Under the pieces are notes generated by a model. The model worked only from the letters and a program-made list of their open reading frames with translations, did no database searches and was not told where the DNA came from. From the NCBI GenBank assembly GCA_011620595.1, contig WOYX01000024.1, positions 10,984-74,983 on the forward strand: a DNA stretch of 64,000 bases, given 5' to 3'. Numbering within the stretch: the first letter of the stretch is position 1; the number at the start of each line of letters is the position of its first letter. Origin of the DNA: Bacteroidales bacterium. GTDB lineage: Bacteria > Bacteroidota > Bacteroidia > Bacteroidales > VadinHA17. Positions 9,481-18,629 of the stretch are shown here, piece by piece. The translations under genes were made by a program, and so were the position numbers.

Positions 9481-12180
9481 ATGAAGAGAGTCAAAAAGGA
9501 GCTGTTTATCCTGTTAATTGTAATGATGGTTACAGTGCTTGCGGTCCCTGCCGGTGCACAACAGTCCCTCCCCGGAGGGTATGATGCCTTTGAGTACAGA
9601 AACCTGGGAGCTTTCCGTATCAGTGCATGGGTGGGAGCAGTGGCTGTGCCAGAGAATCCGGGAGAGAAACACAGGTACACATGGTACGTCGGACCACGCA
9701 GCGGTGGTGTTTGGAAGACCGTTAACAACGGAACCACCTTTGAATGTGTATCTGACCAGTTCAATACCAGCGCCGTGGGTGACATTGCCGTGGCGCCTTC
9801 AGACCCGGAGACAGTATGGGTCGGCACCGGCGACGCATTCAATGCCAGGTCCTCTTACTACGGCAACGGTATCTGGAAGTCGACCGATGCAGGCAAAACA
9901 TGGAAGAACATGGGACTGTCCGGGACACAGCATATATCCCGTATCATGATTCACCCCACTGATCCCAGGACAGTCTGGGTGGCTGCCATGGGAAGCCTCT
10001 GGTCTGACAATGAGGAGAGAGGCGTCTTTAAGACCACAAACGGTGGCGGGAGCTGGGAGAAAATACTTTATATCGATGACAAAACCGGCGTAATTGACCT
10101 GGTTGTCAATCCTGTTGACCCGGATATCCTTTACGCCGCCACATACCAGAAAGTACGCACTGCATGGACGTATGAGCCCGGAGGGGAGAAGAGCCGCATC
10201 TACAGGAGCGTTGACGGGGGCAGGAGCTGGGAGGTGCTTTCCGGGGGGTTGCCGGAAGGTCCCCTGGGGCGAATAGGTCTTGATATTCACAGGGCAAACC
10301 CTGATATCCTGGTTGCGGTAATCCAGAACCTGAATGTCAAACCGGGCGTTGATCCGGATGCACCTGTCCCATTTGACGAGTTCACCGATCACTCATTTGA
10401 CAACCTTATTGGCGGAGAGGTATATATCACACATGATGGAGGGAATAAGTGGAAGAGGATCAATGACCCTGAAAAAACAGACGTCAGCGGCAAGGCCGCC
10501 TACAGCTTCAACAGGATAGCCATTGATCCTTTTGATCCTGATAAAATATATGTCGTGGGTGCCGGGATGTACTATACTCTTGACGGTGGAAAGAGATGGC
10601 CACTGGGCCGTCAGCAGGACCGTTTCCAGAGCAATTTCGGAGACAACAGGGTTTTCTGGATCGATCCGAAAGACCCAAGGCACATGATGCTTGGCTCCGA
10701 CGGTGGTATCTATGCCTCCTGGGACGGCGGGCTCACAATGAACCACTATTATCATATTCCTCTCGGAGAGGTTTATCATGTGGAGGTTGATATGGAGACG
10801 CCTTACAACATATACATCGGGCTGCAGGATCATGAGACATGGAAGTCTCCTTCCAACGGATGGTCAGGAGCGGTAACACCTGCCGACTGGGTTATTACCG
10901 GAATGTGGGACGGGATGTATTCAAAGGTTGACCCCGAGACCAACAGGTACATATACTATACGACCCAGTTCGGGTCACACCATAGGGTTGACCAGGCTGC
11001 AGGAGAGAGGGTGCCGATAACACCCGTAGCAGAGGATGGCAAACCGTTTTACCGTTTTACATGGACTACCCCTCTTGCTCTCTCTCCGCATAACAGCGCC
11101 ATCATATATACGGGTGCGCAGATGGTACTGCGCTCGCTTGACCGGGGTGATCACTGGGAAGAGATCAGTCCTGACCTGACTGACAATGACCCTGACAAGA
11201 TACACGGCAAAGGGCACATTCGCTACTGTACCATCACAACCCTGGCCGAGTCACCCGTCAGGGCAGGCATAATATGGGCAGGAACGGATGACGGGCATGT
11301 GCAGGTCACCACTGACCATGGCCATACATGGAGCGATGTGACTGCCGCGATGGCCGAAGCAGGCGCCCCTGAAAAGATGTGGGTCAGCAGGGTCTTCCCG
11401 TCAGCCTTTGATGAGGCCACGGCATACGTCTCAAAATCAGGTTACACCGATGACATTATGGAGCCGCATATTTATGTGACGGGTGACTTCGGGGTTACCT
11501 GGAAGAGGATAACGACAGGTCTTCCCGATTACCCGGTCAGCGTAGTTATCGAAGACCGCAGAAATCCCAATCTTCTTTTTGCCGGTAATGATAACGGCGT
11601 ATGGGTTTCACTTAGCAGGGGAGAGATTTGGGAGCCGTTGAGGGCCAACATGCCACCGGCAGTGGTGCGTGACCTGATGGTTCATCCGCGCGAAAATGAC
11701 CTGATAGTCGGTACATACGGAAGAGCGGCATGGATAACTGACATCTCGCCTTTGCAGCAGGTTACACCTGAGATCATTCAGAAACCCCTCCATCTTTTTT
11801 CCATTGAACCCAAGCCACAGATGAACTTCTCACAGCAGGCTACCTGGGGCAATTACCACATGACGGGGAGCAACCACCTCAATTCACCCAATGAACCTAA
11901 CGGGCTCGAGATATGGTATTATCAGTCGGGTGAACCAAAGGATGAGCCTGTGATTTCTATTACAGATGCTTCCGGCAACCAGGTTTTTGAGAGAAAGATA
12001 AAGAGTGGTAAAGGCATAGGGAAGATATGGTGGAATACCATGAGAGCACGTCCGGGTGTCTATACTGTCACCATCGCCTGCGGCAATTTCCGAGAGAGTA
12101 CCACCGGCATCGTCACGGAGAGATGGCAGTGGCCTGTATTGAATTTCAATCCGGGAGAAAAAGCAACGTGGAAAAGATGA
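9481..12180 (+). CDS. Secreted BNR/Asp-box repeat protein, paralogue of 2346..4724
   Basis: Signal peptide. Asp-boxes STDAGKTWK, TTNGGGSWE, SVDGGRSWE, THDGGNKWK, TLDGGKRWP, SLDRGDHWE, TTDHGHTWS, TGDFGVTWK. A block GGVWKTVNNGTTFECVSDQFNTSAVGDIAVAPSDPETVWVGTGDA is collinear with GGVWKSVNEGTTFEPVFDEMPTASVGDIAIDPKNPDVVWVGTGEA in the first copy. Confidence 0.75.
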   Translation: MKRVKKELFILLIVMMVTVLAVPAGAQQSLPGGYDAFEYRNLGAFRISAWVGAVAVPENPGEKHRYTWYVGPRSGGVWKTVNNGTTFECVSDQFNTSAVGDIAVAPSDPETVWVGTGDAFNARSSYYGNGIWKSTDAGKTWKNMGLSGTQHISRIMIHPTDPRTVWVAAMGSLWSDNEERGVFKTTNGGGSWEKILYIDDKTGVIDLVVNPVDPDILYAATYQKVRTAWTYEPGGEKSRIYRSVDGGRSWEVLSGGLPEGPLGRIGLDIHRANPDILVAVIQNLNVKPGVDPDAPVPFDEFTDHSFDNLIGGEVYITHDGGNKWKRINDPEKTDVSGKAAYSFNRIAIDPFDPDKIYVVGAGMYYTLDGGKRWPLGRQQDRFQSNFGDNRVFWIDPKDPRHMMLGSDGGIYASWDGGLTMNHYYHIPLGEVYHVEVDMETPYNIYIGLQDHETWKSPSNGWSGAVTPADWVITGMWDGMYSKVDPETNRYIYYTTQFGSHHRVDQAAGERVPITPVAEDGKPFYRFTWTTPLALSPHNSAIIYTGAQMVLRSLDRGDHWEEISPDLTDNDPDKIHGKGHIRYCTITTLAESPVRAGIIWAGTDDGHVQVTTDHGHTWSDVTAAMAEAGAPEKMWVSRVFPSAFDEATAYVSKSGYTDDIMEPHIYVTGDFGVTWKRITTGLPDYPVSVVIEDRRNPNLLFAGNDNGVWVSLSRGEIWEPLRANMPPAVVRDLMVHPRENDLIVGTYGRAAWITDISPLQQVTPEIIQKPLHLFSIEPKPQMNFSQQATWGNYHMTGSNHLNSPNEPNGLEIWYYQSGEPKDEPVISITDASGNQVFERKIKSGKGIGKIWWNTMRARPGVYTVTIACGNFRESTTGIVTERWQWPVLNFNPGEKATWKR

Positions 12181-12416
12181 GGACCATAAGGCGGATTCAT
12201 CGTCTTACCGCCTCTTTTCTCTCTGTTGCCCTGTTGCTGGTTGCTATCTCGGGCATCCTCCTTCACAGGCCTCTCGCTGCTGGTCTTTACGGTCACAGGG
12301 ATATGGCTCCGCTACCGGTCACGGAATAACATCAAAAAGGCGTAATACTCTTTATACTTCCAGTGATTTGTAAACAAAGGCTGAACCGGGATAATCTACA
12401 ATTGGTCTATTGATAA

Positions 12417-14021
12417 TCAGTTGTTAAAGTCGGGTTTAAGATAGTAATAGGCTGTAGTCGAGAAATCGATTGTGGTCTTCACCCAGTGCCACATCTCGAG
12501 GTCAACTTTCAGTGAATCTGTAAACGGAATGGCATCGAGTATCCGGTAACGCATGTTGACACTCATGCCGGGATGAAAGTTTCCGTATCCTGCTGGCTGT
12601 GCAATGAGCGGGTGATCAAAATGTTCCGGCCGGCACCAGGCATAGCCGAAATAGTCCTCGGTACCCGTCCCGAACGATGAGGGGAACATCTCGCCGTCGA
12701 CATAGATTTTCTCGTCGCCTTCACCCCACCAGGCGTCCGCAGTGTTGAATATTGTGATTGCATCACCGGCATAGACTCCTCGTCTGCTGAGCTCCGTTAT
12801 GTTTACATCCCGGTGCAATCCCGTGCCCCCGGTGGCCACTGCGCCGGCAGTCTCGAAATCCGGATACTCCTGCCACGATGCTCCGAAGTGCATTGAGGAT
12901 TCATCCCACCTGTAGGGTGTAAGTGTTACTTCCGCGCTGATGCCGATACTGTCCGGGGTTCCGTTGAAGATGCTTACAGTGCAGCTGTCGCGGAAGGGCA
13001 TGAGCCGGTAGGAGCTTAATGTGCCTCCGGGATCGGTGGCTGTGAAGAGGGTCCGGTAGCTGTTGTATGAATAACCTGTGCCGAAGAAATCACCGACAGG
13101 CACCTCAGCCGTTATCCGGCCGTCGAAGGAAAGACGGATTACTGCTCCTTTGAGTGCCGCTGCCGTATCAACGGCTGAGAGCGACATGGTGAAACGGCTG
13201 AGGGCAAGGCCCTGCCCGGCGATCGTGACGGAACATTCAGTGCCTGGAGCAAAAACACCTTCGGCGGATCTCTTCATCTCATCATTAACTCCGTTCCCGT
13301 CCCCGCCACCGGCGAGCAGGTATGATACACATTCGGCTATGGCAAGAGTATCTGATATGAAGGTTTCACTCCTGGCAGACTCAACTCTTGTGCCCTCCTC
13401 GTACAGTCTCGTGCCGATATTGTAGTATATTGAAGGTGTTCGTCTTTCAGGTGTAATAAGAATAGAATCGTTTTCCAGGGTAATTCTGCATTTTTCAGAG
13501 AAGGGGATGGGAAGATAGAGGTTATATCCCCGGCGCTGCGGTTCAGTCAGGGGCGAGACTGAGCTGCTCAGCGGCCAGGGTGCCAGGAGGCCCTCACCCA
13601 GCAGGGCCGGGGCCATGCCTTCAATGACAGGCTCTGCCACGTCATCGATGTAGACCCTGATATATGAGTTCAGGGCGTTGGCGTTGCCGAAGGTCATCCA
13701 CCAACGGACTACTGCACCCGGACCCTCTGCCTCAAGCATGACATACTCGCGCCGGCCGTCAGTAACCTCCTCCCTGATAAAGTGCGTATAATCATTGTTT
13801 GCAAACCATCCGGCACTGTCAGGGTGGATGCTGAGTCTGTCATAGGAGCTGAACTGCACCAGCCGGTAGCCCGGATCGGGGAACCGGGTCATTGTCTCCG
13901 GGTCGGCCATCTCCTTCAGCAGCGACCTGAAAGTGACCACTTTGTCATTTCTGCATGAGGTAGTTGCAAGCAGGTAAAAGATCCCGGCCGCGATCACGAT
14001 TAACGGTACTCTCTTTTTCAT
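12417..14021 (-). CDS. DUF2961 / glycoside hydrolase family 172 protein (lipoprotein)
   Basis: Family motifs WWGEGDEKIYVDGE and GTGTEDYFGYAW. The start is placed at the internal ATG at 14021 (MKKRVPLIVIAAGIFYLLATTSC, signal plus lipobox) rather than the ORF-track start at 14123. Confidence 0.75.
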   Translation of the reverse strand: MKKRVPLIVIAAGIFYLLATTSCRNDKVVTFRSLLKEMADPETMTRFPDPGYRLVQFSSYDRLSIHPDSAGWFANNDYTHFIREEVTDGRREYVMLEAEGPGAVVRWWMTFGNANALNSYIRVYIDDVAEPVIEGMAPALLGEGLLAPWPLSSSVSPLTEPQRRGYNLYLPIPFSEKCRITLENDSILITPERRTPSIYYNIGTRLYEEGTRVESARSETFISDTLAIAECVSYLLAGGGDGNGVNDEMKRSAEGVFAPGTECSVTIAGQGLALSRFTMSLSAVDTAAALKGAVIRLSFDGRITAEVPVGDFFGTGYSYNSYRTLFTATDPGGTLSSYRLMPFRDSCTVSIFNGTPDSIGISAEVTLTPYRWDESSMHFGASWQEYPDFETAGAVATGGTGLHRDVNITELSRRGVYAGDAITIFNTADAWWGEGDEKIYVDGEMFPSSFGTGTEDYFGYAWCRPEHFDHPLIAQPAGYGNFHPGMSVNMRYRILDAIPFTDSLKVDLEMWHWVKTTIDFSTTAYYYLKPDFNN

Positions 14022-14191
14022 TCGGTTATTTTGTTTATAATTCAATGATCGAATGGAACTTGCATGAAGTAAGATAATCATAGTCTTATCTGAGTGGATG
14101 CTCATGCAGGTATCTTTGGGCATACTTCGGGACTAAAGTTACTCATTCGGGCAAAATATTTAAATTGCAATCCGGATTAAAAGCAACAGAG

Positions 14192-15394
14192 ATGAAAAAA
14201 GTCGTGGTTTTGCTGGCAGTGGTCAGCATGATGGCCTCATGCAGGCCCGCATCAGAAGGATTTCTCCAGACGGATGGCAGGCACATTGTCAACGGAGAAG
14301 GTGATTTTGTTTTATTGAGGGGGATTGGTCTGGGAGGCTGGATGCTGCAGGAACCTTACATGCTTAAGCTCTCAGGGGTGGCTCCCGCACAGTATGATAT
14401 AAAGAACAGGATAGCTGCGCTGACGGGAGAGGAGAGATGTGCGGAATTTTACGATGCCTGGCTGGCCAACATGGTCACGCGCAGGGATATCGACTCGCTT
14501 AAGGCATGGGGATTTAATTCGGTGAGGCTCGCCATGCACTACAACCTGTTTACCCCGCCTATTGAGGAAGAGCCCGTGGCAGGGGAAATTAGCTGGCTGG
14601 ATAAAGGCTTTGTGATGACTGATTCCCTGCTCAGCTGGTGCACGGCGAATGAGATTTACCTTATTCTCGATCTCCACGCGGCACCGGGAGGGCAGGGAAA
14701 TGACATTCCCATTGCTGATGTCGACACCACAAAAGCAAACCTGTGGGAGAGTGAGCTGAACCGGAAAAAGACCGTTGCTCTCTGGGGCAGGCTTGCAGAG
14801 AGGTACAGGGATGAACCGTGGATTGGTGGCTATGACCTGATAAATGAAACGAATTATCCTCTTGAAGACAACAGCGAGCTGCGCAGGCTCTTTATCGAAA
14901 TCACCGGGGCCATCCGGGCCGTTGACACCAACCATATCATTTTTATCGAAGGCAATAACTTTGCCACTGATTTCCGGGGAGTGACGCCTCCCTGGGATGA
15001 CAATATGGTCTACAGCTTTCACAAGTACTGGAATCCCACAACTGTTGAAACCATTCAGAAGTATCTTGATCTCAGGGATGAATACAATGTCCCGCTCTGG
15101 ATGGGTGAATCAGGCGAGAACAACAACGAATGGTACCGGTCTGCCGTGGAGCTTTTTGAGGCTGACAGCATAGGGTGGGCATGGTGGACGCTCAAGAAGC
15201 TCGGTTCCGAAAGCGGAATCATGAATGTCACCATGCCAGACGGTTACCAGCAGATCATCAATTACTGGAAGGGTAACGGGCCGGCCCCTGCACCTGATGA
15301 AGCACACCGTACGCTTATGCAACTCACTGAAAACATACGGATTGAGAACTGCGATGTCAACTACGGCGTCCTGACGGCGTTGTTTGGACGGTAG
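14192..15394 (+). CDS. Glycoside hydrolase family 5 enzyme (lipoprotein)
   Basis: GFNSVRL, the acid/base motif in GGYDLINETN (NE), FHKYW, and the nucleophile region WMGESGE. The start is placed at the ATG at 14192 (MKKVVVLLAVVSMMASC), because the track start at 14165 is a TTG. Confidence 0.75.
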   Translation: MKKVVVLLAVVSMMASCRPASEGFLQTDGRHIVNGEGDFVLLRGIGLGGWMLQEPYMLKLSGVAPAQYDIKNRIAALTGEERCAEFYDAWLANMVTRRDIDSLKAWGFNSVRLAMHYNLFTPPIEEEPVAGEISWLDKGFVMTDSLLSWCTANEIYLILDLHAAPGGQGNDIPIADVDTTKANLWESELNRKKTVALWGRLAERYRDEPWIGGYDLINETNYPLEDNSELRRLFIEITGAIRAVDTNHIIFIEGNNFATDFRGVTPPWDDNMVYSFHKYWNPTTVETIQKYLDLRDEYNVPLWMGESGENNNEWYRSAVELFEADSIGWAWWTLKKLGSESGIMNVTMPDGYQQIINYWKGNGPAPAPDEAHRTLMQLTENIRIENCDVNYGVLTALFGR

Positions 15395-15405
15395 TTCCCG
15401 GTCTT

Positions 15406-15552
15406 CAGTCGGCAGTCAGCAGTCGGCAGTCGGCAGTCGGCAGTCGGCAGTCGGCAGTCAGCAGTCAGCAGTCGGCAGTCGGCAGTCGGCAGTCAGCAGT
15501 CAGCAGTCAGCAGTCGGCAGTCGGCAGTCGGCAGTCAGCAGTCGGCAGTCAG
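15406..15552. repeat. Heptanucleotide tandem array, 21 units of CAGTCGG / CAGTCAG
   Basis: Counted unit by unit. The pattern of the G and A variants is G A G G G G G A A G G G A A A G G G A G A. It begins 12 nt after the GH5 stop and is intergenic. Confidence 0.95.
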
Positions 15553-15575
15553 CATCCTCACAACCTAAATACCTG

Positions 15576-15614
15576 ATTCTTAATTCTTAATTCTTAATTC
15601 TTAATTCTTAATTC
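15576..15614. repeat. Second heptanucleotide tandem array, 5 full units of ATTCTTA plus a partial unit
   Basis: Read directly. It starts 23 nt after the first array ends and is AT-rich, whereas the first array is GC-rich. Confidence 0.9.
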
Positions 15615-15769
15615 CTCCCACTACTGCCTCCCCCCGCAGACTGGCTGCCCGCTGGAATGACCCACCGGGTCATTCATTCACGCTCGGCACTCTACTGGCC
15701 TCATTCATAAGTATAAATACCAATGGAAAAATAGGCTAAAAGCCCGTTCCGGCCCTCAGAAGTCCTTGC

Positions 15770-15777
15770 TAATTTTG
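15770..15777 (+). promoter_or_regulatory. Candidate Bacteroidota sigma-A -7 box (TAATTTTG, consensus TAnnTTTG)
   Basis: Exact match to TAnnTTTG, 30 nt upstream of the ATG at 15807. Confidence 0.4.
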
Positions 15778-15806
15778 AGCTTCCCAAAAAGGGCAACTAC
15801 GGAATT

Positions 15807-16556
15807 ATGGAAGATCTCTATTCAAGGCTTATGCAGGATGTCCGTTTCGAGGAGGGACTGAAGGCATGCATGAACTGCGGCATATGCACCGGCATCTGTC
15901 CGGCAGCCGAATATTACAGCTACGACCCGCGCAGGGTGGTGGACCTTGTTCAGACACGCAACAATGATGTTATCAGGGAGTTGCTGAAGAGTGAGACCAT
16001 CTGGTACTGCGGTCAGTGCATGAGCTGCAAGACCCGGTGTCCCAGGGGCAACACCCCCGGGATGGTGATCATGGCGCTGCGCAAACTGTCGCAGGAGCTG
16101 GGTTACTTTACCGACTCCGAGAAGGGGAGACAGCAGTTTGCCATCAAGAGAACGGTGGGCGACAATGTGCTGAAGCACGGGTATTGCATTGTCTCCTATG
16201 ACGTTGACCCGGCCACACACCCTGAGCAGGGTCCGGCATGGGAGCATTACTACAACCATCTCGACGATTCGCTGGCGAGGTTGGGTGGTGAGCTGAACGG
16301 CAAGGAGGGGCCCACGCGCAAGATAGCCGATGATGTGCTTGACGAACTTAGAAGCATCTTTGAGGTGACGGGCGGCAAGGATCTCTACGATGCCATCGAG
16401 GAGGCTTCGGAACTGAAGGCGGAGGAGATGGGCATGGAGTTTAAGAAGGAGGGCAGGGACTTTGAATACTTCAGGCATGTAGTGTCAGCCGACAACGGCA
16501 CTCATCAGTGTGAAACGGAAGACGTGAGGAGGGATATATATGAAACCAGAAGGTAA
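15807..16556 (+). CDS. HdrC-like 2x[4Fe-4S] subunit (heterodisulfide-reductase C family)
   Basis: Two cluster motifs in HdrC spacing: CMNCGICTGICP and CGQCMSCKTRCPRGNTP. Confidence 0.75.
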   Translation: MEDLYSRLMQDVRFEEGLKACMNCGICTGICPAAEYYSYDPRRVVDLVQTRNNDVIRELLKSETIWYCGQCMSCKTRCPRGNTPGMVIMALRKLSQELGYFTDSEKGRQQFAIKRTVGDNVLKHGYCIVSYDVDPATHPEQGPAWEHYYNHLDDSLARLGGELNGKEGPTRKIADDVLDELRSIFEVTGGKDLYDAIEEASELKAEEMGMEFKKEGRDFEYFRHVVSADNGTHQCETEDVRRDIYETRR

Positions 16557-17601
16557 GAAGCGCATCTGGGCCGAGTACCAGAAGGAGATACCGGACGACC
16601 ACTTCTTCTATGTCAGGTCGTGCATCAGGCAGACATTCTTTGCAGGGTCGGAACAGCATTTCCTGAAGATCCTGCGGGAGGACCTGGGCAAGGATGTCTT
16701 CGAGGACCCGCGTCACACCACCTGCACGGGCATCGGGTATCACGGTGACGTGGTCCCCTTTGAGACTATCCAGACAGTGGTGGCGCGTCATTTTGCACTG
16801 GCCACTGAGGCCGGGTACAAGCATATTGCCATATCGTGCGTCACCTCTTTCGGCATCTACTCTGAGATACTGGAGACCTGGAAACACTTTCCTGAAACTC
16901 TGGCCCGCACGCGTGAGGATCTCTACAAAGCCACGGGCCGCACCTTTGAGGTGCCTGAGACCATCTCGCATGCCAGTGACATAATATACAAATTCAGGGA
17001 TGAGATAGCCCGCAAGGCAAAGTATAACCTTGTTGACATCAAAACCGGAAAACCCCTGAAGGTGGTGGAGCACATCGGCTGTCACTATTCAAAGATGTTT
17101 CCGAAGTACGGCGTCGGCGGGGCCGAATTCCCTCATGTTCTGACAGGCATGATAGAGGCATGGGGCGGCGATGTCATTGACTACCCGGAGCGGCGCCACT
17201 GCTGCGGCTTTGGCTTCAGACAGTACCTCGTGCAGGCTAACAGGGGATATTCGCTCTTTGCCTCACGCAAGAAGTTTGAGTCGATGGAGCCCTACCAGCC
17301 TGATCTCATCATTGCCAACTGTCCGGGATGCACCATGTTCATGGACCGCTGGCAATACACGATAAAGGAGATAGACGGCATCACATACGGTGCTGACGGC
17401 CAGGGGATACCTGTTCTGACTTATGAGGAGGTTGCCGGACTGGTGCTTGGATACGATCCGTGGGATATAGGCCTGCAATACCACAATGTACAGTCGTTGC
17501 CACTACTTCGCAGGATGGGTATCAAGGCTGATCCGGCACGGCGTTTCCTGGCAAAGGACGGCACACCGTTGCCCGAGCCTGCCAATCTTATCAACGGATG
17601 A
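16540..17601 (+). CDS. HdrB-like CCG-domain subunit
   Basis: The C-terminal CCG domain is intact (GCHYSK ... RRHCCGFGFRQ ... IANCPGCTMF). The N-terminal copy is degenerate (TTCTGIGYHGD ... ISCVTSF). The gene overlaps the HdrC-like gene by 17 nt. Confidence 0.7.
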   Translation: MKPEGKKRIWAEYQKEIPDDHFFYVRSCIRQTFFAGSEQHFLKILREDLGKDVFEDPRHTTCTGIGYHGDVVPFETIQTVVARHFALATEAGYKHIAISCVTSFGIYSEILETWKHFPETLARTREDLYKATGRTFEVPETISHASDIIYKFRDEIARKAKYNLVDIKTGKPLKVVEHIGCHYSKMFPKYGVGGAEFPHVLTGMIEAWGGDVIDYPERRHCCGFGFRQYLVQANRGYSLFASRKKFESMEPYQPDLIIANCPGCTMFMDRWQYTIKEIDGITYGADGQGIPVLTYEEVAGLVLGYDPWDIGLQYHNVQSLPLLRRMGIKADPARRFLAKDGTPLPEPANLING

Positions 17602-18629
17602 AGGAGAAGAGAAAGCATGTAATTGTAGCCGGTGGCGGTGTGGCTGGCATGGAAGCCGCAGGGTCGCTGGCGGAGATGGGCATCAGGGTTACCCTTGTTG
17701 AAAAGGGAGAGGACCCCGGCGGCCACCTCCTGCAGTGGCACGCGCTGTTCCCCGGACGCAGGCCGGCGGAGGAGGTAAGGAAGTATCTCAGGAAGAGGAT
17801 CGCCCATGAGAACATAAATGTAATCACCAGGACCACAGTTGAAAAGGTCAGGCATCACGGCCATGAGATCATTGCAGATCTCTCAGGAGGCACAGAGGAG
17901 AGGGCTGATGCCCTTATTGTGGCAACCGGCTTTGACCTCTTTGATGCACACCGTAAGGAAGAGTACGGATACGGAATATATGACAACGTAATCACCTCGG
18001 CTGATCTTGAGGAGATGTTCAACGGGAAGAGGGTTGTCAGGGCTGACGGCTCCGTCCCCTCGCGTATCGGCTTCATCCACTGCGTGGGCTCACGCGATGA
18101 GAAGGTAAATAACAATCACTGCTCAAAAGTATGCTGCGTCACGGCTGTGAAGCAGGCTATAGAGGTGCGCAAGCTTCTTCCGGAATCTGAGGTCTTCTGT
18201 TTCTACATGGACATGAGGATGTTTGGTCCATATTATGAAGAGCTCTACCGTGAGTCGCAGGAGGTTCATAACGTCAACTACATGAGGGGTAAGGTCTCCG
18301 AAGCCTCTGTCAATATCAACAACAGGCTGGTTATTAAGGTGGAAGATACCCTTGCGGGCCGGCCGCTGAAGATGGAGCTCGACCTGATGGTGCTGATGGT
18401 GGGTATGGAGATGTCGAAGCCGGGGGCACGTCTGGCAGAGGCGTCGGGACTGAACACGGGCATCAACAGGTTTCTTGAGTCTGCTGATCAGCACTACGGA
18501 ACCAACAGGAGCGGGGTGGCAGGTATTTTTTATGCCGGCACATGCACTGCTCCCATGAACATCACCGACACAATTTCACATTCGCGTTCAGCTGTGGAAG
18601 AGACGGTAAGATATCTGGGCGGCAGATGA
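17598..18629 (+). CDS. Short HdrA-like FAD/[4Fe-4S] oxidoreductase (no ferredoxin or inserted domains)
   Basis: Dinucleotide-binding fold VIVAGGGVAGMEAAGSLAE. HdrA cluster signature CVGSRDEKVNNNHCSKVCC. Only 343 aa. Its start overlaps the upstream stop as ATGA. Confidence 0.7.
   Translation: MKEKRKHVIVAGGGVAGMEAAGSLAEMGIRVTLVEKGEDPGGHLLQWHALFPGRRPAEEVRKYLRKRIAHENINVITRTTVEKVRHHGHEIIADLSGGTEERADALIVATGFDLFDAHRKEEYGYGIYDNVITSADLEEMFNGKRVVRADGSVPSRIGFIHCVGSRDEKVNNNHCSKVCCVTAVKQAIEVRKLLPESEVFCFYMDMRMFGPYYEELYRESQEVHNVNYMRGKVSEASVNINNRLVIKVEDTLAGRPLKMELDLMVLMVGMEMSKPGARLAEASGLNTGINRFLESADQHYGTNRSGVAGIFYAGTCTAPMNITDTISHSRSAVEETVRYLGGR

Noticed and set aside
9799-10392. Long antisense ORF (197 aa) opposite the second BNR gene
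   Set aside because: It lies wholly inside a motif-rich gene on the other strand. Its Arg/Pro/Gly-rich composition is typical of stop-free antisense frames in GC-rich coding DNA, and it has no recognisable motifs. Other long antisense or out-of-frame ORFs are rejected for the same reason: 14372..15022, 15822..16478, 16471..17085, 19800..20312, 33300..33917, 36066..36581, 44424..45026, 47496..48062, 49389..49916 and 51887..52501.
12027-12329. 100-aa ORF overlapping the end of the second BNR gene
   Set aside because: Its first half is an out-of-frame read of the BNR coding sequence. Only the part from the ATG at 12177 is considered, and that is reported separately as a low-confidence relic.
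14022-14123. N-terminal extension of the GH172 ORF in the track
   Set aside because: An internal ATG gives a canonical signal peptide or lipobox, or a coupled ATGA start, and removes an overlap with the neighbouring gene. The upstream residues are not hydrophobic or signal-like. Similar extensions are rejected at 14165-14191, 18542-18625, 20937-21008, 29451-29576, 31108-31299, 37621-37665, 38936-39010, 43074-43169 and 54539-54652.
15384-15590. 68-aa ORF translating to SVGSQQSAVGSRQSAVG... repeats
   Set aside because: It is simply the heptanucleotide tandem array read in frame (3 units = 21 nt = 7 aa). It has no plausible start context and overlaps the end of the GH5 gene.
15406-15614. Possible CRISPR array
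   Set aside because: The units are 7 bp and directly abutting, with no spacers, and no cas genes are nearby. These are microsatellite-type tandem repeats. The same applies to the 10-bp array at 50051-50124.
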